This document shows positions 24,460 to 35,947 of a stretch of DNA of 64,000 nucleotides, in pieces. Positions within the stretch are counted from its first letter, which is position 1; each line of letters starts with the position of its first letter. The notes under the pieces are model-generated. The model did no database searches and was not told the DNA's origin. It saw only the letters and a program-made list of their open reading frames with translations. The DNA comes from Chiloscyllium plagiosum (taxonomy: Eukaryota): assembly GCF_004010195.1 (NCBI RefSeq), contig NC_057718.1, positions 12,621,628 to 12,685,627 on the forward strand. Direction: 5' to 3'. The position numbers were made by a program, and so were the translations under genes.

Positions 24460-25140
24460 TGCTGTTTGACCAAGCAAGGTATACCATCTACAAAATATAA
24501 TAACACAACAAGCCTCCTTTGACAGCACCTTCCAAAAATGCAATTTACACTATCTAGAAAGACAAGGGCAACAGATACGGTGGCACAGTGGTTATGGGCG
24601 GCACGGTGGCACAGTGGTTAGCACTGCTGCCTCACAGCGCCAGAGACCCGGGTTCAATTCCCACCTCAGGCGACTGACTGTGTGGAGTTTGCACGTTCTC
24701 CCCGTGTCTGCGTGGGTTTCCTCCGGGTGCTCCGGTTTCCTCCCACAGTCCCAAAGATGTGCAGGTCAGGTGAATTGGCCATGCTAAATTGCCCGTAGTG
24801 TTAGGTAAGGGGTAAATGTAGGGGTCTGGTTGGGTTGCGCTTCGGCGGGTCGGTGTGGACTTGTTGGGCTGAAGGGCCTGTTTCCACACTGTAATGTAAT
24901 CTAATGTAATCTAAAAAGATACATGGGAACACCACCACTGACAAGTTCCCCTCCAACCCAATCACCATCCTGACTCGGAGATATATCACTGTTCCTTCAC
25001 CACTGCTGGGTCTGAAATGTGGAACTACAGCACCACATGTGTGCTTATGCCACATGGATTGGCTCACCACAACCTTCTCAAGGGCAAATAAGAATTGGCA
25101 ATAAATGCTGGCATAGTCAGCAACCCGATATCCCATGGCT
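24460..25140 (+). mobile_element. LINE family L-B 3' end, interrupted by an HE1-like SINE
   Basis: CCTTCACC.CTGCTGGGTC...TGGAACT and CTCACCACAACCTTCTCAAGGGCAA...GGCAATAAATGCTGG. Confidence 0.7.
24596..24916 (+). mobile_element. Young full-length HE1/V-SINE-like SINE
   Basis: GGCGGCACGGTGGCACAGTGGTTAGC (A box), GGGTTCAATTCC (B box), V-domain-like core, CR1-type tail GGGCTGAAGGGCCTGTTTCC; CpGs retained; AGATAC duplicated at 24573 and 24917. Confidence 0.92.
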
Positions 25141-25649
25141 AAAAAAAGCAGATACTTCTTGACAAGGATTTCCATTTTGGTGGCAGCAATCAGCTCTGCG
25201 TTTCAATAAAAGCTAAGAGAATGCTCACGACATCTGATATCAATGATGTATCTCCCAGACTATCTGAAAACTTAACAAATGACCGTATCAAATTCATTTT
25301 GAAGTTTTGAGTAATATTGCCTTTCTTAATAGGCAGTAAGCAACCATTATGTAATCTTATTGTTATTTTTGCAGTTTCTCCATAAAGAAAATAAACAATT
25401 GCATTTATATGATGCCTTTCACAGCCTCAATATGCCCATAAAGCTAATTAAGTGTGTTTTGAAATGTTACAATATAGGAAACATGACAGTCAATCTGTGT
25501 ACAGCAAGCTCCCACCAACTGTGGGACAATCAGAAGTTTTAGTGAAGTTAGTTGGAGAATACACACGACATTACTGTTCACTACACACACACACACACTG
25601 CAACTCTGTTTTCTCCAGCACCTGAAAATTTATGTTGACATTGGCATGA

Positions 25650-26115
25650 GACAGTGTGCTAGGTTGATCCTTCAGATGAGAGAGTTGTCCTGTTATGAGG
25701 ACCTGAGTCAATTGGGTCTAAATTTTCTAGTATTCAGATTAAATGCAAACTAATTGATCTAATTTAAACATCGAAGTATCTGAAGTGTGTTCACACTGAG
25801 AGCTCGTTCTCCCTTTGGCTGGAGAATCTCGAACTCAGTCTCAGGAAAAGGGACAATCATTTAGGACTTAGATGAGGAGAAATGTTTTCATTCAGAGAGT
25901 TGTGAGTCTTTGGAATTATCTGCCAAGGGTTATGGATGCTTCAATATTGAATATATTTGGGACAGACAGATGTTTGGTCTCTCAGGAAATTAGCGAATGT
26001 GGGGAATGGGCAGGAAGATGCAGTCAAAGTGCAAGATCAGCCATGATCTTTCTGAATGATGGAGCAGGCTTGATTGGCCAAATAGTTAACCCTGCTCTTA
26101 TTTCTTATGTTCTTA
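25650..26115 (+). mobile_element. Old CR1 3' end
   Basis: MRRNVFIQRVVSLWNYLP. Confidence 0.75.
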
Positions 26116-26254
26116 TATTTGTTAACTGTTTCAATTTTTCCTACATGGGTTTTAGTGTCAAATATGATGACACTTAAAAACTCAAACCTTGTCATCTTTG
26201 CAAGCAATCCAGAAAATAAACTCATTGTAGCATCAATGACAATTATCATTTTTA

Positions 26255-26690
26255 GATTCATTCATGGGATGTGGATATTGTTGACTGGGCTAGCATACAT
26301 TTCCCATCCCTAGATTCCCTTGAGAAGTTGATGGTGAGCTTTCTTCTTGAACAGCTGCAGTCCATTTGATTTATGTATATCGACAATACCGATAGGGAAT
26401 TCCAGGATTTTGACCCAGTGACAGTGAAGGAACAGTGATGTATTTCTAAGTCAGGATGGCGAGTGGCTTGGAGGGGAACTTGAGAGAGATGCTGTTTCCA
26501 TGTACCTACAGCCCTTGGCCTTCTAAATAGTAGTGGCTGTGTGTTTGGAAGGTGCTGTTAAGAACCTTGTATTGGCGAATTTCTGCAGTCCACCTTCTGT
26601 ATGGCACACACTATTGCTTCTGAGCATTGGAAGTGGAGAGACTGAATGTTTTTGGATATGGTGCCAAACAAATGGTTGTTTTTTTCTAGA
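26255..26690 (-). mobile_element. LINE family L-B 3' end
   Basis: Reverse complement of the tail seen at 37285-37680. Confidence 0.7.
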
Positions 26691-28368
26691 TTCTAAGTTT
26701 CTTTGTTAAGCACCCTGTTTTTACTTGTAATAAATGTTGGAGGTGCAAGGGAGAAACTCTATCTGACTAGGCCTGATAGGGTGTCAAAGGTTAGCAATCT
26801 AGTCTTCTGGGGTCTTGTCTCTGCTCTGTGCCTAGTTCCATCACCCTGATTTCCTAATTTAAAAAGGAAGCCTGACCCCTTTAATAAGAAAAGGAGATTA
26901 ATCTGATTGAACATGGTACTGCTGGTTCTGTAAGTTCAGCCAGCAGCAGTCAACACATAACCTTCACATTATGAATGCTAACGATCTCTCCACAGCTCTG
27001 TGCCAGCTCTCAATGAGTAGAAAGTCCCCTTTTCAAACATCATTTTCCTTCCCAGATGAAATGATTAGAAATAATTAGTTACCGGAACTAAGAGATCAGA
27101 GGAATGTTCTATTCATCAGTTAAGAAGATTTCTGGAGCTTGGACCTATGCCTTTAATTCAACATGTTTTATCGCATCTCTCTCTGAAATATGTTTCATGT
27201 ACATGAAAGAAAGGAAGAAGTTGCACGTGTCCTACCTTCAGCTCATCCTAATCAATGACAGGTTATCTGACACTGAACACACACCTCCCCCCTCCCCAAC
27301 CCCCACTATCCTCCCATAAAGTTGAGGCCATTCAACACTCTGCTTCCTACATCTGGTCTCAGCCCTCTTTAGGTCAGTTACTTCCTCCAGCCCCACAACC
27401 CTCTGAGACCTCTGCACGACTCTAATTCTGACCACTTGTGATAATTACTCCATGATTAGTGGCCACGTCTTCAGTTGCCTCCACCTCGTGTTCTGGAATA
27501 TCCTCTCTCTGATTCCCTGCCTTGCTTTCCTTGTTTAAGATGTGACTTAAAACCTACCTCTTTGACCAATCTTTTGGTCATTTCCCCTAATTTCACCTTA
27601 CATGGTTCAGTATCTAACTTTTAGAAAGCATCTTGGTATGTTTCATTGCAACAAAGGTGATATTAATATGTGTTGTTCATATCTAGGCAAATGTAGAAAC
27701 CACATCGGAGGAATGAATGCCTGGTTCCCTTACTTGATTTTTGTGACACTGTGTGAAGGAAAAATAGTAGAAAAGAAGCTTGGAGAAGTCTCAGCTCCTC
27801 TGATCCAGAGGAAATGCCAGAGGCTGAGCGCAAACTAGGGAAAATTGACACTCAGCTGCCAATAAGATTTTCTCATCTGTTTTCTTGCTTAATCAAATGG
27901 TAATGAGGAAAAGGTTTGCTCCACAACTGGTATCCAAATTGAGATCAGCACAGGGCAGACAATAAATATTTTCAGATGCCAAGTGAGCGTCTGTAAAATA
28001 AAACCAAGAATGGAGAAGGAGCTTGCATTTAAAGAGCACCTTGTATGAACTTATGGCATCCCAAAGAACTTTGCACATATAATCAATGCAGTACTTTCGA
28101 AGCGTGGTCACTAGGGAAACAGAGCAGCAGATTTGAACTCACCAAGCCTCCTTTGAATCCACCTCTCGAATCTGCCAGTAGAAGAAGGACAAACTGCAGC
28201 AGATGGATGAGGACAACATCCTCTCCAAACCATTGTGACTTGGAACTACATTGCAGTTCCTTCACTGTTGCTGGGGTTAAACTCCTGAAACTCCATTACT
28301 AGCAGCACTGGGGGTGTCCCTACTCTCTAAGGACTGCAGTAGTTCAGGAAGGCAACTCACTACTGCCT

Positions 28369-28614
28369 TGATTTGGAGATGCCGGTGTTGGATTGGGGTG
28401 TACAAAGTTAAAAATCACACAACACCAGGTTATAGTCCAACAGGTTTAATTGGAAGCACACCAGCTTTCGGAGCGACGCTCCTTCATCAGGTGGTTGTGG
28501 ACAACACCTGTCCACAACCACCTGATGAAGGAGCGGTGCTCCAAAAGCTAGTGTGTTTCCAATTAAATCTGTTGGACTATAACCTGGTGTTGTGTGATTT
28601 TTAACTTTGTACAC
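28369..28614. mobile_element. Inverted pair of Penelope-like termini (family A) forming a 106-bp-arm palindrome, each arm carrying a hammerhead motif
   Basis: Arms 28398-28503 and 28509-28614, 6 mismatches, 5-nt loop; inserted into an L-B LINE tail (~28250-28680). Confidence 0.85.
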
Positions 28615-29172
28615 TATTGACTTCTCAAGGTTGTTAGAGGTGATCTAGCCAGCGACATTTAACTCCTGTGAATGAATCAGAAAAATTGTTTATTGTGAGT
28701 TTCCACAAACATCAGCTGGATAATTAGTCAGATAACCCTTTATCCCTTTAGTGCTGTCAATTGAAATCCAATTATTGGCTAGGACAGCAGGAAAACAACC
28801 TTATTCATCTCCATTTAGTGCTACATCTGAACGAAACACCTCAACAATGCAGTATTCTCTCAGTATTGAGCAGAAACATCCACATGCTTTAGCTTTTTAA
28901 AAGTCTTTGGAATTGGACTTTAGTGTAGAATGTTAATGTTGAGTGCTAACACTGAGCCACTTTTTATTTCAGAGCTGCAGAGTTTTTGAGTTGCTTTCTG
29001 AAGTAACAATGCACACAGTTTTTACAAGAGCATTTTGAATGGCATTCTGAAAATTGTGCTTTGCTTTTGTGAAGCCATTTTCCAATTTGGGTACAAGTGC
29101 TATTTGCTCGTGAGCTGCATTGATCCAACCAGGTTTTTTGGCAAGAGGAAATTTACATTTAGAGCAGTATTA

Positions 29173-29430
29173 TAGAATCCCTAGTGTGGAGGCAGGCCAT
29201 TTGGCCGATTGAGTCCACATCCTTGGACAGTATCGGCAATTTAGCATGGTAAATCCACCTCATCTGTACATCTTTGGACTGAGGGAGGAAACCGCAACAT
29301 CCAGAGGAAACCCATGCAGACATAGGGAGAGTGTGCAAACTTCACACAGGCAGTCGCTTGAGGAATCAAAACTAGGTTCCTGGTGCTGTGAGACAGCAGT
29401 GCTAACCACTGAACCACCATGCCTTGTGCC
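29173..29430 (-). mobile_element. HE1/V-SINE-like SINE with internal deletion
   Basis: Minus-strand head GGCATGGTGGTTCAGTGGTTAGC, V-like core and tail. Confidence 0.8.
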
Positions 29431-29498
29431 ATGGTTTTAAATTTGGGTTTGGAAAGTTGGGGTTTTGAGGGTTTAGGAAGGCCTGAGGATCATGTTGG

Positions 29499-29647
29499 AA
29501 AATCGATGTTTCGGGCAAAAGCTTTTCGTCAGGCTTTTGCTCAAAACTTCGATTTTCATGCTTCTCGCAGGCTGCCTGACCTGCTCTGCTTTAACAGCAC
29601 CACACTCTCAACTCTAATCTCCAGCATCTGCAATCCTCACTTTCGCT
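29499..29647. mobile_element. Short hammerhead-bearing element (family B) with inverted 5' piece and 15-bp target duplication
   Basis: TGAGGATCATGTTGG at 29484-29498 and 29648-29662; minus strand reads CCTGACGAA AAGC TTTT GCCC GAAA CATC. Confidence 0.8.
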
Positions 29648-30669
29648 TGAGGATCATGTTGGCCAGATTACATAGTCCTCAATCAACATGAGAAAAAATA
29701 AATTACCTGGCCAGTGTCATATTGTCATTTTTCCTACATTACAACAATGGCTACACTTCAAAAGTATCTTGTTGGCTGTACAGTGTCTTTAAGGCTTACA
29801 ATGACTATGAAAAGTGTGATAGAAAATGTTCATCTTTCTTTACAAATTGTTTCTATGGGAGCAGGGTTCTCTTTGATAGCCAAACACTATTCCATAAGCA
29901 CAGTTGGATTTTATAAACTGTACTGGTGACTTGCTGCTTCAGATTATTGTGGGTTTTTGCAACTTTCATGTACTAAATTCCTGGTTAAATGTTGGCTCTT
30001 TGTGGCTTAATTCTTGTCAGAGTAGCATAGGGCTGTTTTTGGAGTTGCCTGTTAATCCAAAAAGAAAATAAAAATCATATACTTCAGCTTGTAGTTCATG
30101 TTAACTCAACTCAGAATTTTAAACGTTACCAGTCCCATCTGGCAATCCTGTCAAACTCTATGGGATATCACTAAGGTTTAAAGGGAGCAGTCAGGACTGA
30201 ACTGTCACAAGTTGCTGACAGGAATGAAAAAAGTTCTTCTGTGGCATTCCATGAAGGGACTTGACGAGGTAGACATTGAAAGACTACTTCCCCTGACTGT
30301 GGAATCTAGTTCACAGGGGCACAATCTCAGGGTAAGGTGTTGATCATCTAGGATTGAAATGAATTTTGGAACTTCTCTGTGGAACATCATCATTGAGTAT
30401 ACTCCAGATTGGTATATATTTCCCAGAGAATCAAGAAGTACATCCATGGTTGTAGTGAATGGCCAAACAGTTGATTCTTGTTCCTATTTCCTATCTCCAT
30501 GTCCCATTTAGTGGACATGTTAAAATTGCAACAGAGAAGCATCAAATTGACTAATGAATTGAGTATCTGCTATTACCACCAACAAAAAAGGCATGGATCT
30601 AACAACGTAAGGAAAAGCAAGCAGAAGGATCAGACCCAGGGCTTTATTTATTGCCTGAATTAGCTTAAT

Positions 30670-31435
30670 AAGGAGAGGCAGAATGAAATGTATCCACATT
30701 TGCTTATAATATCAAAAAGGTGGGAGGGCATATTGTGATGAGGACATAAGGAATCTTCAAGGAGATATAGATAGATTGAGTAAGTGGGCAAAAAACTTGG
30801 TAGCTGGAGTTTAATGTAGAAAAATGTCATGGATCATGCACTTTGGTAGAAATAATCAGAGGCAGATTATTATTTAATTGAAGAAAGTGTCAAAAAATGT
30901 GCAGTGCAGAGGTACCTGGGCATTCTTACGCATGAAGCATATGTAGATTCAGCATATGTAGATTCAGCAAGTAATTAAGAAGCCAATGGAAATTTGGCCT
31001 TTATTGCTTGGATGTTGGGTTTGAAAACAGGAAAGTGTTGTTATAACAGTAGTTTGTTGTTGAGACCACAACTGCCTGGAGTCCAGTTTACAGGTTTACT
31101 CCCTGTACTTGGCTTTGGAGGCAGTACAAAGAGGTTCAGTAGACTGATTCCTGGGTTGAAGGGATTGACTTATCAAAAATGGTTAAACAGGTTAGGCCTT
31201 TATTCATTAGAGTTTAGAAAAACAAGGGGTGATCTTATTGAAACATTCAAGATCCTAAGCGAACATGACAAGGTAAATGTTGAGAAGATATTTCCATTGA
31301 TGGAAAATCTTGAATGAGCGGACATCAATAAGAATAAACGAATAACTCATTTGAAGCAGAGATGTGAAGAAATTTCTTCTCCCAGAGGGTAGTGAGTGAC
31401 TGAAATTTTCTAACCCAAAGATTTGTGGAGGCTAG
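30670..31435 (+). mobile_element. Old CR1 ORF2 C-terminus (resumes at ~32557-32640)
   Basis: KRFSRLIPGLKGLTYQKWLNRLGLYSLEFRKTRGDLIETFKIL. Confidence 0.85.
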
Positions 31436-32556
31436 ATCTATCTCAATCTCCTTGATCTATCTCACTGTAATGATTCACCTCACTGATGACAAGCTCCCTG
31501 CTGGAGCGGAACTAACCTATAAAATCAGTGGAAAATTATTCAACTTCTGCCACCTTCAAGCCAAAACCAAAGTTACCCCAACCAGTGTCATCAAGCTGCA
31601 GGATGCTTGTGTATGTGCAAACTCCGAGGGCAAACTCCAGACCATCATTGGCACCTTTACAGAGGCATATCAGAGCATGGATCTCACCCTGAACATCCAC
31701 AAGATGACGGTCCATCAATCTGGCCTGGCATTTTGGAGTGAACCACCAATCACCAAGGTCCATGGAGAGGCCTTAGAGAACATTGACCAGTTTCAATACC
31801 TCAGGAGTGTCCTGTTGACCAAAGCAGCTTTTAAAGAAAAGATCTAGCACCGAGTCCAGTATGCTAGCGCAGTCTTCAGTTACCTGAGGAAAACAGTGTT
31901 CAAGAGCAACAACATCAGATCATCACCAGTCTCATGGTTTACAGAGCTATGGTGGTTCCCGGCCTCCAATATGGCTCTGTGATGTGGACTGATTACAGCA
32001 GACACCTGGAGTAGTTCCACCAGTGCTGCTTGCAGAAGACCTTGCCAATTGGCTGGGGAGTGTCCTCGACCAGGTCAACATCCTTGCATTGAGGCACTGA
32101 TCACCCTTGATTGGCTCTGATGGGCTGAGCATGTTGTCCACATGACCAACACGAGACTCCCCGAGCAGGCACTCTACTCCCAGCTCCAAAACGGCAGGCA
32201 AACCCCAGTGGACAGAGGAAACACTTCAGGAATATCCTCAAGGTTTCACTGACAAAACGAGGCAATCCCACCAACACCTGGGAATTACCGGCACAAGACC
32301 ATCCAAAATGGAGGAGGAGAATCCAGGAAGGCATTAAGCATATCGAGTCTTGCTGTTGAAAAAAAGCAAAAGTCAGGTGAAAAAAGTGTTAGAAGCACGC
32401 TGCCACACCAATACCCCACCCATCCTTTCCCACAACCCTGCCTTCTGCCCCAAGTGGCAGAGTATGCAGAAGCTGCATTGGGCTGTACAGCCACCTACGG
32501 AGATCTATTGAGAGCAGAAGAGAGTCATCCTCATCTACGAGGGACCGCCAGTGAGA
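31436..32556 (+). mobile_element. 5'-truncated RTE-clade LINE inserted into CR1
   Basis: G.ELTYK.SGKLFN..HLQAKTKV...IKLQ--DAC..A.SE..LQ.I...F..AY..M.LTLNI.K..V...P.I.V.G..LE.I..F.YL.S matches the RTE RT region; 10-bp duplication TGGAGGCTAG at 31426-31435 and 32557-32566. Confidence 0.85.
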
Positions 32557-33129
32557 TGGAGGCTAGTTTTAAATAGGAGGCAGATAGATCTTTGAAATAT
32601 TGGGGAGTTGAGGGCTGTGAAGAACTGACATGGAAAAGGTGTTTAAGCCTGGAAACGTCTGGAAATGAACCTTCCAGGTCAGCGAGCAAACCTACATCTA
32701 GACCTATTATTGATGGGTGATATCCAAATTTCTGGACCAGTTTTACATTTGGCTTTCAACAACTTCTACAGGTTTTCATTGCATTTGTGGGCCTATATGT
32801 AAGAATGTACCTACTTGGTGACAAGTTGTTCTTTAATTAATGGCAGTCCTTTTATGAATTGTGACCATTTAATCCTATAATTAGTTGGTCTATGACAACA
32901 GTGACTGCACTTCAAACGTACATCTTTGGCTGCGGTTCACTTTGGGATGACTGATAAAGGAACTTTATAAATGCAAGTCCCCTTTTTTAACACCCAGAAC
33001 TCTTAGAACGGACATACTTGTGCTATTATAACTGAGAGACAATTACACTTTTTTTCATTTTTTTTCTTTAGAACATAGAAAGTAGGCCATTTAGCTTCTC
33101 AAGTCTACCCACCAATTAATAAGGTCTAA

Positions 33130-33380
33130 CTCGACCCCATCTACCATCCCCTGAGAAAAAGAATAAGAAGTGACTTCACCACAGGAAATGACATCACCAA
33201 CCCAAATAAACCCAAACATATAAATGGAAGGCAGGAATTATCAGCAGTGTTTCGCCTGAGGCCCATTGAAGATGTTACCTAGTAGCGTGACGAAACGACT
33301 GAAAATGAACCTTCCAGCTCAGCGAGCAAACCTACATCCAGAACCTCAACCTGATCTACAAATCTTCTCAAAACACGCTA
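33130..33380 (+). mobile_element. Penelope-like terminal repeat (family D) with degenerate hammerhead; a short sister fragment lies at 32651-32704
   Basis: The 3' part aligns with 35905-36020 (CTTCCAGCTC.GCGA.CA.A.C...CTACAAATCTTCTCA); core CCA tTGAAGA T GTTAC..GTGAC GAAA CG aC TG. Confidence 0.75.
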
Positions 33381-35522
33381 AGATAATAGGTCTATGGAAC
33401 AATCACCATAATTTTCGCTTTGCAACTTCACTGGGGAATAAGTGGCACCATCTCAGGCAATCAAGTTACACAGCACCCTGATTGCCTAATCCACTGATAC
33501 CAGTCCATTTTTGGCTGATTAACTAATACTGGTTTTCCATTAGCCACACATGAAAATTGGCACCACTGGTGCCAAGAGATGCCAAGACAGTGGCAAGAGT
33601 TTGCTGATTATTGTACGCCATTGTCTGTGGAGGAAGGTGATGTGCACCGGCTATTGATAGATCGTGCCTTGCATTGCCGCTTTTCGTGGGCAACACGGAG
33701 ATTGTTTGGCAGAAGTGGTGCCAGACATCAGCATTGGCTAGTTTGTACAGCAGGTTTGGTAAAATTAGATGCAGAATATTAATGAGATGAGTTGGACCAT
33801 TAACAAGGAGCTTAACAAGCGTTAATTGTCACCAATGGTAACTTGTTGCTGCCAAGCAAGAATCTCACCACGCCATTTGTAAATATCATACAAGGTGTAA
33901 TAAGGTGACCTAATGTTGAGATTTGCCTTGTCAGACTTCTTATACAATTCACACATCTTGCTCACATCACTCAGACCCTTATAAAGTTCCACCCTCTGTG
34001 TGCCACTTCAATATCCCTTATTGTTCACCCACCTTCTTTCATTGAAATGCAGCATTTCGCAGTTATTGTCACTTCCTGTTATCTTTCAAGACGTCAGACC
34101 AATTGTGTAGCTGTGCTAAATCACACTAAATCTTTTTACTTAACCTTCTGCATCCTGCACTCTTCCTATTTTACTTTCGTCTGTGAACTTGGCAAACTTA
34201 TGCATGGGTTTGATGTCCTACTCATTACGTAGATGAAAAAACAAGACAGGACCAAACTCTGACCTTTGTGGGATCACAGTCCAAGTCTCCACCCAGTCTG
34301 ACATTGTACTTCTTCTGAACCTTCCTGCTTCCTAGTTTATCACCAACTTTTGATCCAATCCCTCCGTTCTCCCATGGGTTCCTGGGCTTTCCGTTTAATG
34401 AGGGGAGTGTTTCATGTGGGACTTGTGTCAAAAAAAACTTTCTGGAAATTAAGCTTTTCCTGCCATATAATTATTGCAAATATGGTATCAGTTATGGCAG
34501 TGAGTCCTTCATCAGATTAAGATTATGCCAGATAGGGTCCTTCTGATGCCAATGGCATTACCCCAGGCTTGTCAAAAAAGGACCCACATTTATCTTGCAC
34601 TTTGTCTCTCATGACCTATTCCTCATAGAAGCCAAGAATTATAGAAAGAGGCCATTTAACCCAAAGTGCCTCTGCCAGCTCATTTAAAAAAGACATATAT
34701 TAGTTCCACTCCCGTTGTTCTTCCCTGTAGCGTTGGAACTTTTCCAAAGAGATCTATAAATCCATTTCCCCTTTGAAAGTTAGTATTGAATTTTACTACA
34801 TAGAAACAAAATCCTAGAAAAACAGCATTTAAGTTACAGAAATCACCCTTCTGCAGGAAAGCACAGCAGCTACCTGCATTGCAAACAGCATTGAGAGAGA
34901 TTGCCAGTTAATCTGCTTGTAATGATTTTGGGTTGAGGTAGGATGGTTATCCAGGACACTGCAAGAATCTCTTTGATTTTCTTTGAATTGTAATGTGAGA
35001 TCTTGCCCATCCTTCTGAACTGCCAAAGGAGTTAGATCGCGTTTAATGTTTCAGCTGTAGGATAGCATCTCTGATGTGAAATTGGCTGATGGACCTTTCT
35101 TATGTTTAATTCTCCAACAGCCTTCCCAGGGTTTCTTCAATTTAGGATGCCCTTGTGCTGTCCTACCTGCCGCAGCAGTGCCCATCATTCCTTCGGGGGC
35201 TGTTGTCTGCCCAATACCACAGGCCCTCGGATCTGACCTCTTAATTTGCCACCTACCATTAGATTCTACTACTTATTCAGAAATAATCCTGATGCTGCAA
35301 ATTTTTCAAAGTTTACAAGGTTCCACCTATCATCACCATGACTGGTATTAGTTTTTGAACCTAGATTTATTTAACTAGTTTATTTTAGATGCCCCAGTTG
35401 CGCTGGTGAGATTCAAACTCATATCTCCAGATTATTGGGCTAGGTGTCTGGATGACCAGTCACAGCCACTGAGTTATGGTATCTCAGTCCTCTTAAAATA
35501 GAGAGGAGCAAGTCTCCAAGAG

Positions 35523-35927
35523 GTAGTGTACAAAATCCCATGCAAGGACTGCACAAAACACTATATAGGACAAACAGGAAGACAGCTAACGATCCGCATC
35601 CATGAACACCAACTAGCCACGAAACGACATGACCAGCTATCCTTAGTAGCCACACACGCAGATGACAAGCAACATGAATTCGACTGGGACAACACTACCA
35701 TTATAGGGCAAGCGAAACAAAGAACAGCCAGGGAATTCCTAGAAGCATGGCACTCATCCACAAACTCCATCAACAAACACATCGACCTGGACCCAATATA
35801 CCGGACACTACAGCGGACAGCTGAAACTGACAACCGGAAGCGGCAGGGACAGGCCACTATAAAGGCCGGAGGAAACACCATAGAAGCGCTTCACAGGAGG
35901 CTCCCAAGCACTGAGGATGTCACCTAG
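35523..35927 (+). pseudogene. Open reading frame fragment for the Penelope C-terminal GIY-YIG endonuclease (no RT, no true start)
   Basis: Uninterrupted frame with VY..PC..C...YIG.T.R....R..EH; stop TAG at 35925-35927. Confidence 0.85.
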
Positions 35928-35947
35928 ACAGGGGACGAAACGTTTGC
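35908..35947 (+). ncRNA. Minimal type-I hammerhead ribozyme motif (Penelope-type)
   Basis: GCA-CTGAGGA-T-GTCaCCT(AGAC)AGGgGAC-GAAA-C-G-T-T-TGC: stem I GCA/TGC, intact CUGAnGA and GAAA boxes, palindromic AACGTT stem III, GUU triplet. Confidence 0.75.

Noticed and set aside
24596..24670. tRNA gene (A and B boxes); likewise at 5800, 11511, 42800 and 55131
   Set aside because: These are tRNA-derived SINE heads that continue into SINE bodies and LINE tails, with no full cloverleaf
28314..28614. Two overlapping antisense ORFs encoding near-identical peptides (YKVKNHTTPGYSPT...)
   Set aside because: A trivial consequence of the DNA palindrome
28398..28614. Pre-miRNA or CRISPR-like array
   Set aside because: The stem is too long and perfect for a pre-miRNA, the arm sequence recurs as a dispersed repeat (1153, 42346), and there is no repeat-spacer periodicity
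30937..30969. 15-nt tandem duplication AGCATATGTAGATTC
   Set aside because: An ordinary slippage event within a dead CR1
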